Positions 62,107-64,000 of a stretch of 64,000 nt of DNA are shown here, piece after piece. The stretch lies in contig CALQCC020000014.1 in the NCBI GenBank assembly GCA_943328975.2, positions 15,445 through 79,444 on the forward strand, in the 5' to 3' direction. Positions within the stretch are counted from its first letter, which is position 1, and every line of letters starts with the position of its first letter. The position numbers and the translations under genes are program-made. The notes under the pieces were generated by a model that did no database searches, had not been told where the DNA came from, and worked only from the letters and a program-made list of their open reading frames with translations. Source of the stretch: Bordetella parapertussis. GTDB lineage: Bacteria; Acidobacteriota; Terriglobia; Bryobacterales; Bryobacteraceae.

Positions 62107-63275
62107 GACACCGCCACAACGGGATCTTTCACGTAGCGTGAGACCGTGGACCACAGCTCGTGCGCGTCCACGGGCTTCGACAAAAACGCCTGCATCCCGT
62201 GGGCTAGACATTCCTCGCGAGTCTGATCGGAGTAGTTGGCCGTGAGCGCCAGAATCGGGATCTTGTCGTAGCCCGGCAGCTTGCGGATTTCGGCCGAAGC
62301 CTCCAGTCCGTTCATGTCCGGCATCTGCAGGTCCATCAAAATGAGATCCACGCGTTGCGCGCGCGCAGCGTCGATCGCTTCCCGCCCTGAGGTTGCGCAG
62401 ACCACCTGGAAGTTGCGGCGCTGCAATACGTGCCGTAGCACGCGCAGGCCGACGGGGTTGTCTTCGACGGCGAGAATCACAGGGCCGTTCACAGGACCCG
62501 TCGCCGTTGCCTCCGTGGGCACCACAGATTCGCCCGCATGACGGAACGGAAGTTCCACGGTGAATATCGAACCTCGGCCCACTTCGCTCTGGACCGAAAT
62601 CTTCCCGCCCATTACGCCGACCAGGCGGTGAGCCAATGCGAGCCCTAGTCCAAGTCCTGGATACGCGCGCGACAGACCGCCGTCGCCTTGGCGGAAGGAA
62701 TCGAAAATGCCGTCGAGTTTCTCCGGCGGAATCCCGACCCCGGTATCGCAGACCGACGCGCTCAGCGTGTGTCCTTCCAGCGTGACGCGCAGTTCCACCG
62801 ACCCGGCATTGGTGAACTTCACCGCGTTGCTGACTAAGTGGCTGAGCAACTCGCGGACGCGCGGTCCGTCGCCGATCATGGTTTCCGGCATGCCCGAATC
62901 CATGGTCAGCGAAAGCCGCACGCGCTTCATCACTGCCTTCGGTTGATGCTGCGATAGCGCTGCTTCCAGCGTTTCGCGCAGGCTGAATTCGCTTTCATCC
63001 AACGTAATCTGCCCGGCTTCCAGCGCTGCGTATTCCAGGCTAGTGTTGAGCAGCTCGGTGAGGGATTCGGTACACAGCCGCGCCGCGCTCAAATAGTCTT
63101 TCTGGTCCTCGTCGAGCGTGGTTTCCGCGAGCAGATCCAACATGCCGACGATCCCGCTGAGCGGCGTGCGGACCTCATGATTGAGGCTCGCTAGAAACGC
63201 CCCCTTCGCCCTATCGAACGATCGATCGGGATTCTCGGCTTGCTGCGGGGCAGACGGAGCAGTATGGACAACCAT
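62103..63275 (-). CDS. Soluble hybrid histidine kinase (HisKA, HATPase_c, REC) without a recognisable sensor domain
   Basis: H-box FLASLNHEVRTPLSGI about 35 aa from the N-terminus, G-boxes DTGVGI / GLGLGLA, C-terminal REC ILAVEDN...LILMDLQMPDMNG...LTA. Confidence 0.9.
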   Translation of the reverse strand: MVVHTAPSAPQQAENPDRSFDRAKGAFLASLNHEVRTPLSGIVGMLDLLAETTLDEDQKDYLSAARLCTESLTELLNTSLEYAALEAGQITLDESEFSLRETLEAALSQHQPKAVMKRVRLSLTMDSGMPETMIGDGPRVRELLSHLVSNAVKFTNAGSVELRVTLEGHTLSASVCDTGVGIPPEKLDGIFDSFRQGDGGLSRAYPGLGLGLALAHRLVGVMGGKISVQSEVGRGSIFTVELPFRHAGESVVPTEATATGPVNGPVILAVEDNPVGLRVLRHVLQRRNFQVVCATSGREAIDAARAQRVDLILMDLQMPDMNGLEASAEIRKLPGYDKIPILALTANYSDQTREECLAHGMQAFLSKPVDAHELWSTVSRYVKDPVVAVS

Positions 63276-63341
63276 ACCTTAGAGATCGGCCGATCCAGGG
63301 CGGGAATATAGGGTGTTTCCCTCGGTTGACGCCGGGGTCAG

Positions 63342-64000
63342 TTATTTCTTGGCCGGCGCCGGCGCGGGAGGTTTTGCCGGCGCAACCGGCTTGGCCGCAT
63401 CTGGCGAAGGAACTTCCTCTACGTCGCCGATGATCCGGGATTCCGCCGCGAAGTATTTATAGTCTTCATAACGCACCACTTGCCGGATGCGCTGGCTGGA
63501 GTCCGCGAAAAACAGCGTATCCTCGGCAATGGTGTATGTGGGGAACCAATACTTACCGTCGATCTGCTGCCGGAAGGTTTCGAATTTCGGAAACGCCTGA
63601 TTCTTCGCGATACCGACGCCTCTACCGTAGGTTTTTACCACCTGCAGGTCGCGGTCATCCACCCAGACAATGCCGGAGAAGTAGCGCTCGCCCTTGATCA
63701 TTTCTTTCGGCTTGACGGCGAAGGCATAGCAATCGATATCGTCCAGTTTTTCTTTCCCCAGGTAGCGAATAAAGTAGTCGGGGATATTTCCCGTGGTCAA
63801 AACGAACGGCTGGACGTTCTTCAGATCCTGCAGATCCTCGGGTGTAAGTTGGATGTTTTTGAGCGTGGGAATCGGGGCGCGCACCACCTTCTCGGTGCGT
63901 TTGCCGCTGCTGGCGAAGACGATGTCCGAGACCGTTTCCCAACGGCCGGAGACGTTGCCCGCCCGGTCGAGTTCCTGGATACGCGCGGTCTGGCGATACG
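63342..64000 (-). CDS. Hypothetical protein, 5'-partial (continues beyond the right edge), with a Pro/Ala/Lys-rich C-terminal tail
   Basis: The track ORF begins at a GTG (63887), but the frame stays open to 64000 (YRQTARIQELDRAGNVSGRWETVSDIVFASSGKRTEKVV...). The tail is ...PDAAKPVAPAKPPAPAPAKK. Confidence 0.65.
   Translation of the reverse strand, partial: YRQTARIQELDRAGNVSGRWETVSDIVFASSGKRTEKVVRAPIPTLKNIQLTPEDLQDLKNVQPFVLTTGNIPDYFIRYLGKEKLDDIDCYAFAVKPKEMIKGERYFSGIVWVDDRDLQVVKTYGRGVGIAKNQAFPKFETFRQQIDGKYWFPTYTIAEDTLFFADSSQRIRQVVRYEDYKYFAAESRIIGDVEEVPSPDAAKPVAPAKPPAPAPAKK

Overview
High-GC (about 60%) bacterial chromosomal window. The gene content looks like Acidobacteriota: CarboxypepD_reg-type TonB receptor, DUF1552/DUF1592 pair, orphan MacB/FtsX permeases, a Solibacter-type C-terminal domain protein, exosortase/EpsI. 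The taxon call is inference only. I support about 60 protein genes, one tRNA-Thr(CGU) and a few terminators and repeats. I saw no rRNA, CRISPR array, transposase or integrase. Layout: (1) 1-14.5 kb is an island of exported proteins of unknown function. It holds two tandem paralogs, a TonB receptor-DUF1592-DUF1552-cupin operon and a periplasmic ankyrin protein. It is bracketed by two diverged, inverted copies of a two-gene module (small 'HHSF' protein plus a 255-280 aa partner). (2) 14.6-20.3 kb: mtnA, a CxxCH + PHM-like copper monooxygenase fusion, a Tat multicopper oxidase and LigAB extradiol dioxygenase. (3) 20.3-20.8 kb: a lower-GC ORF-poor stretch next to tRNA-Thr. (4) 20.9-33.7 kb: Hpt, PilZ, LysR, a hydrolase, two ATPase-less MacB-type permeases, VapBC, an Aas-like enzyme and exported proteins. 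(5) 33.7-43.5 kb: a compact hopanoid operon, ispH-shc-hpnH-hpnA-hpnG-[two Zn-dehydrogenases]-hpnC-hpnD. (6) 43.6-47.3 kb: LuxR regulator, RsbW/STAS pair, EpsI, exosortase, PilZ. (7) 51-60.7 kb: pilC-pilB-pilM-pilN-pilO-pilP-like, then an unusual low-complexity pseudopilin-like protein and a sigma54 two-component system, with no secretin or pilin seen. The most novel candidates are the two dehydrogenases inside the hopanoid operon, the Gly/Gln/Pro-rich pseudopilin-like protein in the secretin slot, and the duplicated 'HHSF' module. Many long ORFs in the track are antisense or off-frame artefacts of high GC and are not called. All family names are recalled from motifs, not from searches.
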